Source of the DNA: Eubacteriales bacterium
GTDB taxonomy: Bacteria > Bacillota > Clostridia > Saccharofermentanales > UBA5734
Direction of reading: 5' to 3'
Length of the DNA: 64,000 bases
Assembly (NCBI GenBank): GCA_028685755.1
Contig: JAQUDJ010000007.1
Span: forward strand, 8,680-72,679
In this document: in pieces, positions 62,448-64,000 of the stretch
Layout of the letters: each line of letters begins with the position of its first letter
Position numbering within the stretch: position 1 is the first letter of the stretch
Translations under genes and position numbers: made by a program
Notes under the pieces: model-generated
Told to the model about the DNA's origin: nothing
Database searches by the model: none
The model's input: the letters and a program-made list of their open reading frames with translations, nothing else

Positions 62448-63655
62448 GAGAAGCCTTTCCGACCGGTCAACCGGCCTAAAGACGATGGCACGACATGAAT
62501 CGCACCGGTCGGGCAAGTTTCCTGACAGCAATAGCACCGAATGCACCGTTCGTATTGGTAAGTTGGCACAGCGCGGTTACTCGGTTGCAAGAGTGCTTTC
62601 GGTTCTACTGGGCAGGCTGCCACACATTGGCCGCAGCGGGTACAGGCACTTGCAGCGATCGCTGGTCGCGAGAGGAACCACCGACGTAAAATTGGGCCAC
62701 TGACTCGGGTCAATAACGTCATGATGGAACTAGCAACTTTCGGTCGGGCAAAATTCGGTACTAGCAGGCTATGCTGGAGGCTCGAAAGCATGACCGGCGA
62801 AGTGGGTGAAGGTATCAAATCAGCCATTATATGGGCTGGTTCGATCACAAATGCCTCAATCTCAGCTGGAACCCCACAACCAAGCCCGGCGGCTTCAGAT
62901 GCGGTGATCACAGCTAGCGATCGGGGATCATAGCCCATGATCATCGAGCCAGCGGTATCAATCGCCACCGGATCGGTGCTGACTAAAATCCAGCCAGCAT
63001 GACGAGGGCGGCCATTCATCGGCCCATTCCCTTCCATGGCAACTATCGCATCCATAATGTGAACGCGTGGCCGAATCGCTTGATTTAATTCAGCTAACAT
63101 TTTGGTGAAGGCATAAGTATCTGGAAATTGGACATGCATTTGTGCCTTGCGCGTGCCGGCAATCACGCCGTAAAGGTTTTTGATGGCGCCTGTCATACTC
63201 GTTAAGGCATGTGTCTTAAGTTTGCATAAATTGATCAAACCATCTGATTCCGCAACACCGGCAGCTAAATGAATCTGTCGCAAGCGAACGCCGTCTGGCA
63301 AAGCATACTCTACTGCTCGATCAAAGTCGGCGAGTGGGATTTGCAAGCGATCCGCAACAGCTGCGAGCCCGGTTGCTTTGGCAGCTGACTTGGGGCTGTG
63401 AACAGCCGGCGAATCACCATAACTCAACGTGAGCTTGTACGGTGATAGTTGGTTGATTAGCCCCTCAAACACAGTCGGATGAGGCGTCACGGCGCGTTCC
63501 GGACCGACAGCCGATAGCATGTTCGGTTTGATAAGGATTTTCTCATGGGCTTGAAAAACCAGACCAAGATCAAGCCGCGTGAATGCTTCACGAAGACCAA
63601 TCTCAATGAGTCTTAAATCATATTCAGCCAGATGGATCAGTGCGATTTGACTCAT
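62444..63655 (-). CDS. DUF362-domain protein with C-terminal 2x[4Fe-4S] ferredoxin motifs
   Basis: DUF362-like N-terminal two thirds, then CTRCGQCVAACP and CIRCYCCQETCP. Start set to the Met at 63655 (MSQIALI...), preceded by AGGAG at 7 nt. The upstream in-frame extension is a 21-bp duplication. Confidence 0.7.
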   Translation of the reverse strand: MSQIALIHLAEYDLRLIEIGLREAFTRLDLGLVFQAHEKILIKPNMLSAVGPERAVTPHPTVFEGLINQLSPYKLTLSYGDSPAVHSPKSAAKATGLAAVADRLQIPLADFDRAVEYALPDGVRLRQIHLAAGVAESDGLINLCKLKTHALTSMTGAIKNLYGVIAGTRKAQMHVQFPDTYAFTKMLAELNQAIRPRVHIMDAIVAMEGNGPMNGRPRHAGWILVSTDPVAIDTAGSMIMGYDPRSLAVITASEAAGLGCGVPAEIEAFVIEPAHIMADLIPSPTSPVMLSSLQHSLLVPNFARPKVASSIMTLLTRVSGPILRRWFLSRPAIAASACTRCGQCVAACPVEPKALLQPSNRAVPTYQYERCIRCYCCQETCPTGAIHVVPSSLGRLTGRKGFS

Positions 63656-63657
63656 TT

Positions 63658-63699
63658 GATTGCTCCTGTCTTCCTCATGATTGCTCCTGTCTTCCTCAT
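63658..63699. repeat. Perfect 21-bp tandem duplication (GATTGCTCCTGTCTTCCTCAT x2) covering the Shine-Dalgarno region of the DUF362 gene
   Basis: Read directly. On the coding (minus) strand each unit is ATGAGGAAGACAGGAGCAATC, so each unit carries an ATG and an AGGAG. Confidence 0.9.
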
Positions 63700-63728
63700 G
63701 ATGCCTAAACATCTGTTCGTTTGCTATA

Positions 63729-64000
63729 TCAAACCTTTTCTAAACTGGCTTGACGCGCGAGCATTCGCTTCTGGCCGACTTGGGTGAATTCAATCAATAA
63801 AATAGCATCGCCAGCAACTGGGTCAAGACGAACGATTTTACCCTCGCCAAAATTGGTATGACGAACCCGATCGCCGACATGAATAGTCGCTGGGTCTATA
63901 CCTTTGTTGACCTTGGCCGCAGACGCTGCTGCGGGGGATGCTGCTGGGGATGCGGCAAACCCAAACGGCGAAGCCGCAGTCGGTCGCATCGAGCCAGATC
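63729..64000 (-). CDS. C-terminal end of a PcrA/UvrD-type helicase (gene continues beyond window)
   Basis: The tail ...IHVGDRVRHTNFGEGKIVRLDPVAGDAILLIEFTQVGQKRMLARQASLEKV matches the conserved C-terminal Tudor-like segment of PcrA/UvrD. The frame remains open to nt 64000. Confidence 0.55.
   Translation of the reverse strand, partial: SGSMRPTAASPFGFAASPAASPAAASAAKVNKGIDPATIHVGDRVRHTNFGEGKIVRLDPVAGDAILLIEFTQVGQKRMLARQASLEKV

Overview
This is a 64-kb chromosomal segment that looks like Bacillota (Firmicutes). Supporting signs are a T-box leader, a TPP riboswitch, ECF S-components, FabK-type FAS II, frequent extended -10 promoters, and strong GGAGG ribosome-binding sites. All calls come from reading the ORF translations and DNA by eye; no searches were run, so family names are motif-level recognitions and coordinates of small sites are hand-counted.

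Content from left to right:
- amt-glnK.
- A TPP-riboswitch-controlled thiamine-uptake pair.
- An M24 aminopeptidase.
- A long minus-strand FAS II/ACC operon: fabH-fabK-fabG-fabF-accB-fabZ-accC plus a fused accD-accA.
- Divergent from that operon, fabD, an M29 aminopeptidase and two tightly coupled unknown genes (a membrane protein with a long coiled-coil tail, and a 439-aa soluble protein).
- A 9-bp tandem repeat array.
- An accessory or defence island of about 11 kb next to tRNA-Ser(CGA). It holds IS3-family debris, a decayed AbiE pair, and a five-gene translationally coupled operon: fic-hsdM-hsdS-orf113-hsdR. It also holds an AT-rich DUF4238 + RES-domain gene pair.
- A sugar ABC transporter, reverse rubrerythrin, secDF, and an NlpC/P60 hydrolase.
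- A Trp T-box in front of an orphan trpB2.
- An HD-GYP protein, prfC, an ECF S-component with a coaX-like gene, pgm, thrC, a TPR protein, folC and gtrA.
- A cell-envelope pair: a 1492-aa secreted SH3b/glucosaminidase/repeat protein ending in a dockerin, followed by a membrane-anchored cohesin-like protein.
- A priming sugar transferase, two HD-domain nucleotide hydrolases, a DUF362/ferredoxin gene, and the 3' end of a PcrA/UvrD-type helicase.

Best candidates for something undescribed:
1. The DUF4238-RES two-gene module.
2. The membrane/coiled-coil plus 439-aa pair at 14.7-17.6 kb.
3. The small TM/coiled-coil gene wedged between hsdS and hsdR.
4. The non-cellulosomal cohesin-dockerin autolysin pair.

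No CRISPR array, rRNA, integrase or intact IS was seen.
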